Below, piece by piece: positions 26,720-40,362 of a stretch of DNA of 64,000 bases; position 1 is the stretch's first letter; the number at the start of each line of letters is the position of its first letter. The translations under genes and the position numbers were made by a program. The notes under the pieces are model-generated. The model was not told where the DNA came from. It worked only from the letters and a program-made list of their open reading frames with translations, and ran no database searches. The stretch is from the NCBI RefSeq assembly GCF_009914755.1, contig NC_060936.1; one strand, written 5' to 3'. Origin of the DNA: the human T2T-CHM13v2.0 reference genome, Homo sapiens.

Positions 26720-27090
26720 ATGGGAAAGGACAATCCTATTATTATTTGCTTTGGTCAGAGCACACCTAAAGTACTGTGTTTACTTCTTAGAAGCACATTT
26801 TAAGTACACTGAATCTGTTGACTGTTCATGGACTGAGATGGCGAGAGACTTAGAAATTGTCTCTTACAAGCTATCAATGAGCTATGGATGTGAAATTCAG
26901 AGAAGGCCAGTTTACATGGTAATGGGAGGTCTGGGGTGGTTTTCTATTGCTCCCCAAGGCAGAACCAAGGCCCAGTATTTACAAGGGACGAATCTTGGCT
27001 CAATTAAAGAACTCAGTAATGATTAGGCCTACTTATCAATGTATCATAATTGCCTGATGAGATATTGACTGAAAGTATTCAAACATTGAC
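26720..27090 (+). mobile_element. CR1/L3 relic
   Basis: ttggtcagagcacacctaaagtactgtgtttacttc...acattttaag, the characteristic CR1 RT 3' motif. Confidence 0.55.
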
Positions 27091-27099
27091 CCATGTATT

Positions 27100-27920
27100 T
27101 ATTTATCCCTTTGATAAGCATTTATTGACAACCTACTCCATGCCAGATGCTGAGGTGGATGCTGCATTCGAAGTGTAGAATACAATACTATTGGAGATAG
27201 TCAGTCTTATAAAGATGGAGTCTACTGGGAGACAGTAAGTTTTTAAAAACAATAGTTATAATAAGTATTTTGAAGGAAATAAATGGAGTGCTGTGATTCA
27301 GAATAAAAACTGAGGTAGGAACGGGAAGAGCTATGGTCATGTGTCCACGAGTAGGTGACATTCAACTTGAAACCTGACAGATTGAAAAGAGCCAGCCTAC
27401 AAGGGAGTGAAGGGGGGTGGGGCTAGAAGAAGTAGCAAGTGCAAAGGCCCTGAGGCAGAAAGATGGTAATGTGTCCAGAGTCTGAAAGAAAGTGACTGGA
27501 CTTGGGGAGCAGAAGCAGAGTGCAGGAGGAGAAGAATGGCAAGGAATGGGTGTGAAGACGTCATCAGGGATCAGCTCAGGGAGAGTCTGGGGAGGCATAT
27601 GGATTCAATTCTCAGCATTGTGATGGGAAGCCATTGGAGAATTTTAGTCAAGGGAGTAACAGGACCTGTTTCATGTTTTAAAAGATCACTTTGGCTACTG
27701 GACATAGAATAAATTGAAAGTTAAAAGGGAGACACCAAGAGACTCTTGCACTAGATCGGGAGGGGAATGAATGGGCACTTGGGCTGAATAGAGCCTGTAG
27801 AGATAGAGAAGGTGAATTTGAGATTATTGGGAAATTCGACTGAGATTTTTAATGTATTGGATGTGGGGAGTGACAGAAAGAGAAGAGTTGAGGGTGATTA
27901 GTGGTGCTGTTGACCATGAT
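27100..27920. mobile_element. L2 relic
   Basis: agcatttattgacaacctact...tgcaaaggccctgaggcag...gggaagccattggag...aagatcactttggct. Confidence 0.65.
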
Positions 27921-28236
27921 GGGTAGCAGGACCAGAGGGAAGAAAAGTCTAGATAACCATTTGTCAGCACCTCTGAAACCATGTCACAGATTTCAGTGGT
28001 TCTTAACAGGGGATAATGACATTTACTTAGGGGATGTTGAGAAATGTTGGGGAGCGACTTTCACAGTAGTCAACATAATAGAGGGCACTGCTTTGTGGAC
28101 AGGAGTCAGGAATGCTAGAAGTCCCGCATCACACAGGACAGCTCCCATAATGAGGAGCCATCCCATGTAGAATGCCAGTTGTTTCCTCCTGGACAAGCAC
28201 TGGTGGACTGAGTCTCTTTCAATTCTGAGAACCTAG

Positions 28237-28531
<295 letters not shown>

Positions 28532-29817
28532 AGAATCTAGGAAAATGCAGTTTCACGCTATCTGCCATTCATATACTTTTGTAAATTATTTGAGTCAGGT
28601 CGTCTTTTTATAAGTAATTGACTGAAATTAGCCATAGGGAGGAGAAGGAGGTTGTGGGGGTGGGGAAGGGACATAAAGCGGGAAGAAGGAAGGATGAATC
28701 TTGGAGAGTGGGACTTTGCTGGTGGGTTGGCCTGGGTGGCTGGGAACACTGGGGCCCGTCGAGGGAGGGGAGAGGGTAGAAGGAGGTGAAATACAAGCTT
28801 CACCACCTTGCATGCTTCCCACGGCTGTGCTGCACACCAGTGATGTTTTCTGGTCTAGAGGCTGCCCAGCTGTGTCCCTAAGCACACTTTGAACCTCTCC
28901 TTTTGGTCATTTGAGTCCCCAGTGTAAATTCTTCCTTCAGACGATCAGAGAGCTGCCATAACTTAGTCAGATCCCGGTCAACACTGTATACACTAGAATG
29001 GAGAAAAGCAACCCGAGCCTTCCTAGCTAATAAAATCACTGTCCGACTTGGGCAAATAGTTGTCCTTTCCATCTCCTTAGCTGAATAAAAGTAATCTAAT
29101 TATTTTCAAACACATGATTTCATCTGGACCTCACAACAACACTGAGAGGCAGGGCATGTGGTATTATTAGGTCCATTTTACAGATACAGTCACTGAGGTT
29201 CAGGAGACTTAACTTGCTGGAATCAAGCAGTCTATAAGGCACAGAGCAGGGGCCAGAACTTGGGTGCAGGGCTCCTTCAGGGGTTTCCTAATGGCAAGTG
29301 GGCCCCTTGGGAAGTAACAGAAAATGATGAAACTGCTTCAAAACAAAGGGATCCCAAAGGGAACAGAATATAAAATTAACTGCCCAAGAAAGGCATTTTG
29401 TCATGTACAAGAAATTGATAGGTACCCAGTTGGTATTTCCTCCCACCTGGTAAGGTAAAATCAACATACAGGAATCCTTTTAGCACCTTGGGGGTAAAAC
29501 ACTTGACTCTTGCTTGGTGCTCAACATTGGAGGCCCCAGTTTTGTGCCCATTCCCTCCCGATGATGCCGCAAAAGCTGGAGCATGGCTGTGAGCACCCTG
29601 CCTGAACCTCGATGAGCCGGGCCATCTTTCACATGGTAGGGGCAGGGCCAAGCTGTGGCTCAGCTCTAGAGGGTGCCTTTCACACCCTGGAATGCATGAC
29701 TGGCACCCCCTGCAGTTGTGCAGGGCACAATGGGAGAGTATTTATTGTCCATGAAAAATCATATGAAGCAGCTGCAAAGAAGTCTAATTGTTTTCCTCAT
29801 GATATGCCCATGACTCC

Positions 29818-29820
<3 letters not shown>

Positions 29821-29857
<37 letters not shown>

Positions 29858-29879
29858 ACACACACAAACACACACACAC
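29821..29879. repeat. (CA)n microsatellite, interrupted
   Basis: Direct observation. Confidence 0.97.
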
Positions 29880-30774
29880 CTCAGGAGCTTTGGTCCCAGT
29901 TTGCTATATCAGGCCCAAAGCTCTTTCTCTCTTTCAGCCCAAACATCGTTTGAGCCAAGGTAGCTTTCTCCTCCAACTGAGAAAAGTTTCCCTCTTAGAG
30001 CCGGCAAACGTGTAGGCGTGACGTTATGCTTAGACACGGCAGGAAGGAGAAGCAGAGTGACAACTCTGAGGGAACCAAGAAAGCCCAAAGGGGAGACAAG
30101 GTTTAGAGCGAAATCAAGATCGGATTTTGTCATGAAAGGCAGAACTGGCAAAAGCATCATTACAAGGCATTAACCTTGTTACACACAGACGAACAAGCAG
30201 AGGCTGGGATTCAGAAATAAATTACACATAATAAACTAGACAGAATAGGCTGAGAGCAACATTAGCGATTATGCCCTAAGGGGAGAGAAGGGCAAGATAG
30301 AAAATAGGCCCGAAAAAAAGAGAGAAAGAATAATCTCTGGACACAGGGGGCTGACTGCACTGTTTCCCCCTTCTTCTGCCCGGCTCCCTGGGTATTAACC
30401 TCACTTTTGTGAGGACGTTTCTCCGGAGCCTGTCTTTCTTTTGTTTTCATTTGCTGCAATAAGCATAAGAAAGCTATTCAAAGGGTTCCTTTTCCCATTC
30501 ACAGGGACCTGTCCATTTCTGTGTGTTTCCAGCACAAAAGAATCCATTTCCATTCAGCCAGAGCAGCCCCTAGAGTTTTCATGAGGTCCAAGCCTCCTCT
30601 CCTGTTTTCTTCCAGGCTCGCTGTTGTAATAGGCTGCAAAATCCTGACTGTGGCCAGGGTCCTCCAGGCTGGTGAGAGGAACAAGCATTTGTCCACGTCC
30701 TGGTCCCTGCAGCTGAGGAAGAACTGCAGTTTAGTGTCCGCTCCAACAAGTTGTGATTGTCATTTCTTAAACAG

Positions 30775-31330
30775 TGACTTGCTTTTGGTTCCAAGTAGCA
30801 GAAAACGCAACCAACAGTGGCTTAAACCATGACAACTATTGTTAACTTAGTAACATGTTTAAAAGTTGAAGGTCTGCGGCTCAGTGGTGTCTCCAGGAAC
30901 ATAGAATCTCTTTTCTTTCCCCTGCACCAATCTTAGCATGTTGCTTTGTATCCTTCATCTTGAATCTCATGGAAACAGAACGGTTGCCACGAGTCTATGC
31001 ATGATGAGATCACACAACTGTATTCCAGAGGAGGAAGTGAGGGAAGAGGGCAAACGGGTTCTCCTCAAGAGGCTTCTGTTATCAAGGAGGAAACTTATTC
31101 CCAGAAATCCTTCCAGTGGACTTCTCACATCTCCCTGCCCAGGACTGGGCCACATGACCACCCTCAGCTCTAAGGGTTAGGAAAGCCAGTGTCTGGCAAT
31201 AGGGAATGGAGCTGCCATTTGGCTTGGCCCAACGATAGCTTCCACCAGGCTTGGGTTCATTGCTGTCTGAACAAAATTAGGGTTCTTCTTGGCAAAGAGA
31301 AAATAACTGCCATGGGTGTGGCAGTAACTT
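30775..31330. mobile_element. Old MaLR LTR (MLT1J/K-like)
   Basis: ttttggttccaagtagcagaaaac...cagtggcttaaac...gggccacatgaccaccctcagct...ggtgtggcagtaac. Confidence 0.55.
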
Positions 31331-31672
31331 GTGTTTTTAAATGAAGTAATGATAGCAAGCATGGGTTATGTGTTGCTATGTGCCAAACCTGTTCTAAGCT
31401 TTACTGAGGCTTACGCACAAACTCACCCAGTCCTCATAAAAAGTCTGTGGCATAAAAAGTCTGTGCTCTTATCATCATTTCCATCATATGGAGGAGAAAA
31501 CTGAGTCACAGAGAGATTAAATCACATTTACAAAATTACTTAGCTAGAAAGTGACAGAGCCAGGAGTCAAACTTAGGTGGTCTGGCTGGCTCTCTATGCT
31601 ATACTGCCTTCATTAGGTAAGATGATAAAATACTTCAGGTAGCACACAGTAAGTATTAGTACATGTTAGCTG

Positions 31673-31673
<1 letters not shown>

Positions 31674-31714
<41 letters not shown>
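31674..31714. repeat. (TTA)n microsatellite
   Basis: ~13 TTA units. Confidence 0.95.
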
Positions 31715-31721
<7 letters not shown>

Positions 31722-31918
31722 CATCTCTTTTTTGTAACCACCCTGCCAATCAGACACATCAGCCTTATTAGATACTAGAAAGCTAACCCCTAACAGCATT
31801 AAATTAATTGCCCAGGTCACACAGTGAGTGAGAACCAAGCTCAAATGTAAACGAGTGCTGGGTGTTCTCTCAAGTTTGAGAATGTTGATTTAATGGCTGC
31901 ACCACTTACCCATGCTAC

Positions 31919-32163
31919 TTTTTTTTTTTTAAGGTAAGGTCTCACTTTGTTGTCCAGGCTGGAGTGCAGTGGCTCAATCATAGCTCACTGTAACCTGGAA
32001 CTCCTGGACTCAAGTGATCCACCTGTCTCAGCCTCCTAAATAGGTGGGACAACAGGTGTGTGCCACACATCTGGCTGATTTTTTATCTCTGTAGAGATGG
32101 GGGTCTTGCTATGTTGCCCAGGCTGGTCTCCAACTCTTGGCCTCAAGCGATCCTCTCGCCTCA
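31919..32163 (-). mobile_element. AluJ, truncated
   Basis: Poly-T then antisense AluJ (ctcaagtgatcc, cttgctatgttgcccaggctgg). Confidence 0.92.
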
Positions 32164-34298
32164 GTTACCTATACTACTGATCCCGGACTTACTTTGAAAA
32201 AAAAACTACAATTGTTGAGGACAGCCAGAAATCAGAGAAGGACACCGGGAAAGGTGAGATGGTAATTTGGGACGGATTTTTCCTTGTTCCGTTTTAGCTT
32301 TTGAGCTGCCTCTGTTTTCTTGGATCCAGTCTTTTGCAAACAGGATCTCTCATCCCACCTCAGGAAAGGCTACCCATGGTTCTTGGTGAATTAGAACAGG
32401 TACAGTATTAAGCACCTACTGTATACCAGACCTGGCTGTACACTGTCCCACCTGGTCCTTGTGGATAATCTACAGTCCACATCCATTACTTTTTCTGTGT
32501 TGTGAGATGAAGGGAATGGAGTCCTCTAGCCAGAGATAGTGGTATTAGAACATTCTGGATACCCAGGCAGAGACGATGCCCTATTCTCCGCGTTAGCCTC
32601 TCTGCAGTGTTCAAATATTTAATAAAAATAACAGGCATGGTCAGCTGATCTTACGTTTGAACAATTCTGGATTTATTTTAAAGCAAGATGTGTGGCATGG
32701 TTTTACTTATTTTTTTAATCCTAAAGGTCATCCGACTTTTCTTTTTCTGCTCATAGTCATGAGGCTTCCTTATCTAAACAGTGATCTATTGTTCCAACCT
32801 TAGACCCACAGAGAATTTTTTTCCTTAACTTCAATTTTCACAGGACAGCTCCTCATCTTCCCATATTGCATGAAAAGTATCTTTCAACAAGGGAAAAAGA
32901 AACTCTAATGAGCTTTTCCTAAATCTTCTTAAACCGAGTTCACTATAGAATATTTTATGCAAAAACATTGCCTTCTCTTAGGTTATGACATCTTTTCCTT
33001 GAAAAGTGATCAGGGCATTGGACAAATCCTGGCTAGCTTATCTTGTCCTTGCAGCGCAACCTCAACAAAGAAATATAGATGGCACTTTAAAGGCTTCAGA
33101 AATCAATTTAGTCCCATAATCCATTTAGTTTAGATGTTAATGAAACTTGGTGGGTTTAAAAATAATGAATATTTAATAAGACATAAATTGAAAGACATAA
33201 ACACTGTTGGCGATAATATAATGAAGTTAATAAGTCTTAGCCTCCCCCTCCCCAAATAGGGCGATTTTAGGAGTTGCTGTGTTGCTTACTGAAGTTTGCT
33301 GGCTGCAACTTCAATGTGCCTTTAAAAACCTTAGTACAGTTGGGAACTGAGCTCTGGCAGATAAAGTGTGCTATCACACTGTGTTCAGTAGCTGCAGACG
33401 GCAACGGCTCTTCCTAGCTCCATATCTTCCAGAGATTTGTGTAACAAACTCAGTTTCCTGTCGTTGAAGGCAGGATGCAGCACGAAGCACTTCATTCCTT
33501 TTAAACAAAAAAGAAAAAGACATTTTGGTCGACACTCTCTCTGCTCTGGGTTTAAAGAGGGGCTTTATTTAATGATCAGGACCAAGCGTGTGATTACATG
33601 TGCTCAGAGCCTCAGACAATTTAAATGCCTTCAGGTTGGGAGTTAGACTTTTTGTTTTCCCCTTTAAAAGCATCAGCACCAGGGCCAGCCCTTCAACTTG
33701 GTTCCTCCTTAGCTCTGTGGCTCGATCCTACCCATCGTCCACAACTGTATCTTTACCTTTTCACCCCCTCAACTAGCTACCCTGTCTTTGGGCTTCCTGT
33801 GGTCCCTTTTGGTAAATCTAGAATCCCTCCTTTCTGCCATCACACCCAACAGGATCGTCCGTGTCACATCTTGGGAAATGTTTGTGTTTAACCTCACAGA
33901 AGCCAACGCCTAGCTAAAATGAATTGGCGGCAGGATTTTGAAAACAGCCAAGTATAAGATAGTCTGCCTCCCAATTCAGCGGTGGGCTGTCTCTTGGCAC
34001 TAAAGTGGAATTCAGCTTCTTATATCAGCTGAGGGGTGTTAGATAGATGGCCAGCTCACTTTGGCACTCAATACCTGTTCATACATAGTAAACAGGGGTT
34101 TTCTTTGGTTGGGCAGGTATGGTGATTTTGCAAGGTAATGAAAGGTTGCTCCCGGGGAATCTAGTCTAAGAAAATATATGTGGGGCCCAGAAGTGAGATC
34201 CTGCCTAGGAGGGCATGAGTGACATTTCATCAGTATAATGAGAAGTATTGTTGTTAAAAATTATTATTATTTTTTTGTGCGTTTGTGTGCATGTTCAG

Positions 34299-34439
34299 AA
34301 AGAAGGGGATCAACCTGAAAGAGTCCAACCAATCGCATCATCTACCTTGATCCATTCCGACCTGACATCCGTTTATGGCACCGTGGTAATGAACAGGACT
34401 GTTTTATTCTTGGGGACTGGAGATGGCCAGTTACTTAAG
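34299..34439 (+). CDS. PLXNC1: Plexin C1 exon 2 (141 nt, KEGDQPERV...FLGTGDGQLLK)
   Basis: Acceptor ttcag|AAA, donor AAG|gttggt; phase 0-0; contains the Sema motif FLGTxDGxLxK. Confidence 0.95.
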
Positions 34440-37400
34440 GTTGGTTTTCTGTGCCTTCTTCAAATGTCTATTTTAATGGTGATATTTTGTACTTTAAAAA
34501 AACATTTTTTTAATGCTTCTGGGTTATACATGAGACCAAACCAAGAACTTCATGAACTCCTTAAAGACCCCCAGAAATGGCCTGGAAGAAAATCTGGAAT
34601 TCTGTATGTAAGAATGCCCCGTAGCCATGTAATGAAGTATCAGCTACCTTGCTGCCCAGGAGTGCACCAAGATGTTTTTCCTTCCTTACTCATAAGCCAG
34701 CTGGGTGAGGTAAATGGAGGTCTGGTCCCTACCCCAACCCTGACTCACCTTCCCAAGACATGTAACCTTTTAGTTCTAGCTCCTTTATCATGGAAATGTA
34801 CAAAGCACCTGATTTCTCACAACTTGAAAGAGATGAGAGATTATAGGGCTTGAAAAGAAGAAAAAACAGGTGTTCTTTCCCTCCAGCCCACTTACCACCC
34901 ACAGAGGGGGTTTGTTTTTTGCCCTTTGTACCCACACACACCACAGAGAGGTTAGAGATCTAAAATCCTTTGAGACTCCTCTTGACTTTTATCTCAGAGG
35001 ACTATTTTTTCTCCACTGTGTGGACACACCCCGGTCAAGTGCAGGTTTTTATTCACTTAGGAGAGGGGAAGAGGGGAGGAGGAGAAAATAAAATCAGAGA
35101 TACCAAATGACTTGTCTGAAGTTATCTAGCGTTCATCTTATCAATGTCATCAGCAAGCATTTATTGAAGACCTTCTGTGGTCTCCAACAACATTCCTGGT
35201 CAGGAACTGCACCATTTCTATGACTAAAGACTGAGATTCCTTGGCTTCTCTGCAGCCATCCATTTACTCTCAGCTCAGATTTTTAATTGAGTAATGGTAG
35301 ATCTGTTTCCCTCAACTGATCTCCCACAGATAACTCGCTGTGTGACTTTAGGTGAATTGCTTAACCTCTCTGAGCCTTCATTTCCTTACCAGTAAAATAC
35401 AGTTCTACTAGACAACCCAGAAAAACGCTTTCCTCTTCTGAAAGTCTCTAATTCTGTCTTCTGCACACGTATTCCCCACCATCCCCATCCCCAAGCCAAA
35501 CCTATTTACTTGCTCCTGTTTGATCCTGTTTCCAAATATGATCCTGTTTCCACACTTGCTCACACTGTACCTCCAGCCTGAAATGCTTTTTTCTTTTTTC
35601 TCTTATTTACGGCACCTTATGTGTCTATGCTGTGGCTCAGCTCAAACCCCACCTCCTCTTTGATGACATCTAGGCCTGGAGTGACCTTGCTCTCCTCTCA
35701 TTTCCTGAAATACTCATGATCTATGTCATTCTTGTGGCTCATTCCAAATGTCTTGCCTGGAGACCTCACCTTTTCACTGGTGTCTGTCTTGCCTTCCCAA
35801 CTTGATTTTAAGCCTCATGAGAAGGGGGCCATGAATTCCCACAGCCTAATACAGTGCTGAGCCTAATACAGTGCTGAGTGCCTGGTAGGCATTTGATTTA
35901 ATCTGTTTTCTTTGGAGGAAACCCAGTAACATATGGGAGGGAGTTTGTTTGTATACACATTCTTTTAAAATATACATTGATCATCTTTCCTGTTGTGTTA
36001 GCTTTATTTCCTGGGGAAGGGTAAATACCCATCCATCATTCTACACAAGTCACTGGGTGACATCTGTAGCTCCACCAACCTGGTCAGGCTTATTGGACCC
36101 ATTTGCCTGGCAGGAGTTTCCATCAAGCCTTTCTGGGCCTCCTCACCAATTATCTCTTCAGATTTGGGATGTTTTTGATGAGTGTTTTGACAAGAACACT
36201 GTTTCCCCAAAGCCGAGCCAACCAAACCGCTACATGGTGAATTGGAGGTGAAGGAACACTCGTCTATAAATAGTTCCCCATGGGATGGCCTGGTTTTGCC
36301 TGTCCTGTGTGTTCACCCAGCAGCCTGCATGCCGCTGGCCAGCTTTTAGCGATGTTGTGGCAACCAGGGAGTGGACCAAGCTGCAGCTTCATGCTGCTGA
36401 GGAGGCCGCAGCCGACCGAAGTCTCGCTCTCCTCAGGATCTGTATGGGGTACCCATTCAGAAGCCACCTGTGTGGCCTCGTTGTTTTTTTCAAGGTTTGA
36501 ATAACAAAGGCAGCTTTTTGTTGTTTGTTTTGTGACTGCTAACATTTACACAGTGCTTCCTAGATGCCAAGGGACTCTATATCTTCTACCGAATTCAGTC
36601 CTCTCCATGACACAATGGGGCAGGCCTACTATTCCCATTTTACAGATGAGGGAATCGAGGCCCAGAGAAATGGGATGATTGTTGTTCAAGGTCACACAGG
36701 GGCAGAGCAGGGATTTGAACCTGGAATGACTTCAGAGACTGCACTAAGATCCCCTATGCTACACTGACTTTGCAACCTCTGCCGCACACATTGGTACTAC
36801 TCTCTGAGGATTCCGGGGGCACATGGGAGACATGCAGATAGGGTTCCATGCCGTGGCTGGGGACACATGCTCCTGGGGTGAGTCAGCCTTCCTAGAGGCT
36901 CAGGAAAGAGTCCCAGCTTGAGAATAAGGCGGACCATCTGACTGAGGAAATACCTCACTGGCGTGGTAACTTCTTGGGAATTAACACCCACCCCCCAAGC
37001 CCCCAATAAGAGAGAAGTTCTCTCACTCAGGAGAAGGGTGTGAGGGATGAACTTGAGCTGACTTGCCCCACCAGGCTCCCTAGGGCAGCTCAGTAATGCC
37101 CAAGCCTCTCCCCTGTATCCTGTGTACAGATTCTTGGATGTAGCCCCTGAATTTACCCAGAATCCTGAAGACCCAGGATCGTGTGGATGATTTGGAAACT
37201 ACCGATAATCCTCAAATCCCTTTATTCAGAAGCTTTCAGCTTCTCCCTTGCCAAGGCTTGTCACCAGAACTGTTAGAAAGGATGAACACTGATAGACACA
37301 AGCTTGGCTCCTTAAGCCACAGCGTGGGGGAACTAATGAGCGGCAAAAAACAAAACTCAACCCAACGCAGACAGTAGGAGGAGGAGAAGAAAGAGGGCTT

Positions 37401-39180
37401 GGATCAGCCACAGCCTGACTCATCAGTTTCTGAGTGATCATGAGTTGACGGCATTTTGACATGTGCCAGGCACTGTTGTGTATACCTTGTTGAATGAGAG
37501 TCAGGAAACAGCAATTGGGGCCCAACTGCTGTTTTTTACCACCACCAGTAAAAACCTGACTTCTTAAATCTCTGCAAATCCTGTGAGTTTTAATATAATT
37601 TGGTGCAATTTTAAGCCTCATGTTATTTAAATAATTTTTCCTTATTGTAAAGGTAATATATGCTCATGTAAAAAGTTGCAGAGTTGTCGGGGGTGAGAGG
37701 ACAACAAAGAAAAAATTACCCCTAATCATGTCATGCAGAAGCAACTGCTGTCAGCATTTTGGATTCTCTATTTATGTAGTTGAGGTCAGGTTTTGCATCC
37801 TTTTCTTCAGTTAGTGAGGGAAAATGCTTACATTAAAATGTTATTGCAAACCCTTTGTAAAAAGTATTTTTAAATAACTATATCATATTCTATTATTTGG
37901 GTACATTATTTTGAACTTAAGCTAAGATACTGGATCACTTTTAAAGTATCTTTAAAGACATGCATTTTCCAAGGAAGATGGCATTACCTCCAAAGGTAAG
38001 ATTTCACTGATAATCTGTGAAGAAACTAAAGGCTACAGTATGCCAGTACCTTTACTGTCCTCCTTCTCTTGCCTATAGACCTAAGTCCCTTTATAAGATT
38101 TTGGGGAAATAGAAGGAATTTAGAGCTCAAAGGGTCCTTTGAGAGCATCTAATCTGCTCTTTTATTTTATCGGTGTACCGTCCCATGGTCGTGAGGTGAG
38201 TTATGTCTAGTCACCCCCGCAGTTATTTCCCCATCCTGCTTCTTTTCGGAACATGATTGCATGCCGGGTTTTTTTCAGTCGTCAGCATCTCCACTGAGAT
38301 CAGCTGAAAAGTATGGTCACACTGAACTCAGCTTTGGGGAATTCACACTGCACGTGTTGCACAATGTATGCATTTCTGTAAACACACACCGAGTCTTTCT
38401 CCAGATTATAGTACAGCCTATCATGTGGTTTGGATTCCTTTGAGCTGACTCTGTTGCCCATAGAAAATTGTCCTTATTTCAAAGGCAGAATTGCATATTT
38501 TGAGCTTTTCCAGGTGGTAAAGTAAGTAATAACAGAATATGCATGAAATTTGAAATTTGTAACTTTATGCATGCCCATTAACCTTCGTGTAAGCATAAAA
38601 GATAAGAAGGCAATGGGCAAGGAAGAATAATCGCTAACATTTCTGAGCTCTTACTGTGTGCTGGGCATTAGAACCAGCATCTGCACGGGTTAACTGGTTT
38701 AATCCTTACCAGTCAATACTCTCACCATCCCCACTTTATAAATGAAAAAACCTGAGGCCTCGAGAGGTTAGGTATCTTTTTCAAGGTGCTCTGAACCAAA
38801 ATAATCTGTCCCAGAGCCCGAGCTTCTATCCCCCAACTAAACTGCATTAACTCTTACAGAGCTTAGTAGAGTTTGAGAGCTGGTTTTTGTTATATTTCTT
38901 TCTAATACTGGGGTATAAGGGTTGATACCAAGATGCAGATGTTTGAGGTTTCATAAGAAGGGGCCGAGAACCCTGTGGTTTAGTTTGTTGCTATTTGGGG
39001 ATGGCTTCCTGGCAACCCAGCTGAGTACAGAGCCCGCTCCTCTCTGAGCTGCGCGTAGTCCACGGGGGTCTCTGAATCTCCTTTGGGGCCCCAGCTTTAC
39101 CCCAGTGGGCTCCTTTGTAGGAAAGGTAGGAATTCTGTATTCAAGTTGCTGTTTTGAATGGTGTCAGCAGTAAAGACTAG

Positions 39181-39737
<557 letters not shown>

Positions 39738-40250
39738 TAAAGAGTCTGCCTTGACTCTGGTTATTGAAGTTTTTGAATGAATGTCAGAGAAAAAAATCTT
39801 TTGTAAAGGCAAGCTGTACTATATACCCAGAAGATGTTCAAATAAGGAATAGGAGAACTTGGGGAACCTAGAACAGGACCTGGGACCGGAAGTGGTGGTG
39901 GTGGTGGGGATGACTGAGCTAACAGACCAAAAAGTTAAAACAGGAGGAAGTGTCAAAACTTGGAAGTGGGTTCATTGGTTGGCTGTTTAGGATGTCATGT
40001 GAAGCCTGCTTCAAGTTCTCCCCACCTCATTAATTGCAATTTATGAGTTTGCAGGGACTCCCCAGTTTGAAACTTTTAGTCCCATATAATCCACAAATCT
40101 AGAACCTGTGGTTCAGACTTTATGCTTCTCTTACTACCTACACTGCAATAAGTAGATTGGAAACAAAAGAGAAATTTGCCTTGATCTTTATATTTCATCT
40201 TTGTTACTCCTAACTACTGAGGCACATTAAATACTTACCTTGCTTTCTCC

Positions 40251-40362
40251 TGTGTGTGCATGTGTGTGTGTGTGCACGCATGCACAGGCATGCACGTGTG
40301 TGTATATGTATGCAGGCATGCACGTGCATATGTGTGTGTGAGCTTGTGTGTGTGTATGTGTG
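40251..40362. repeat. (TG)/(CA) alternating purine-pyrimidine tract
   Basis: Direct observation. Confidence 0.9.

Noticed and set aside
35842-35878. Short tandem duplications (17 bp here; also ~31435, ~35521, ~44558, ~47911, ~62512) as a possible CRISPR-like array
   Set aside because: Only 2-3 copies, no unique spacers, unrelated units; ordinary slippage duplications in eukaryotic DNA.
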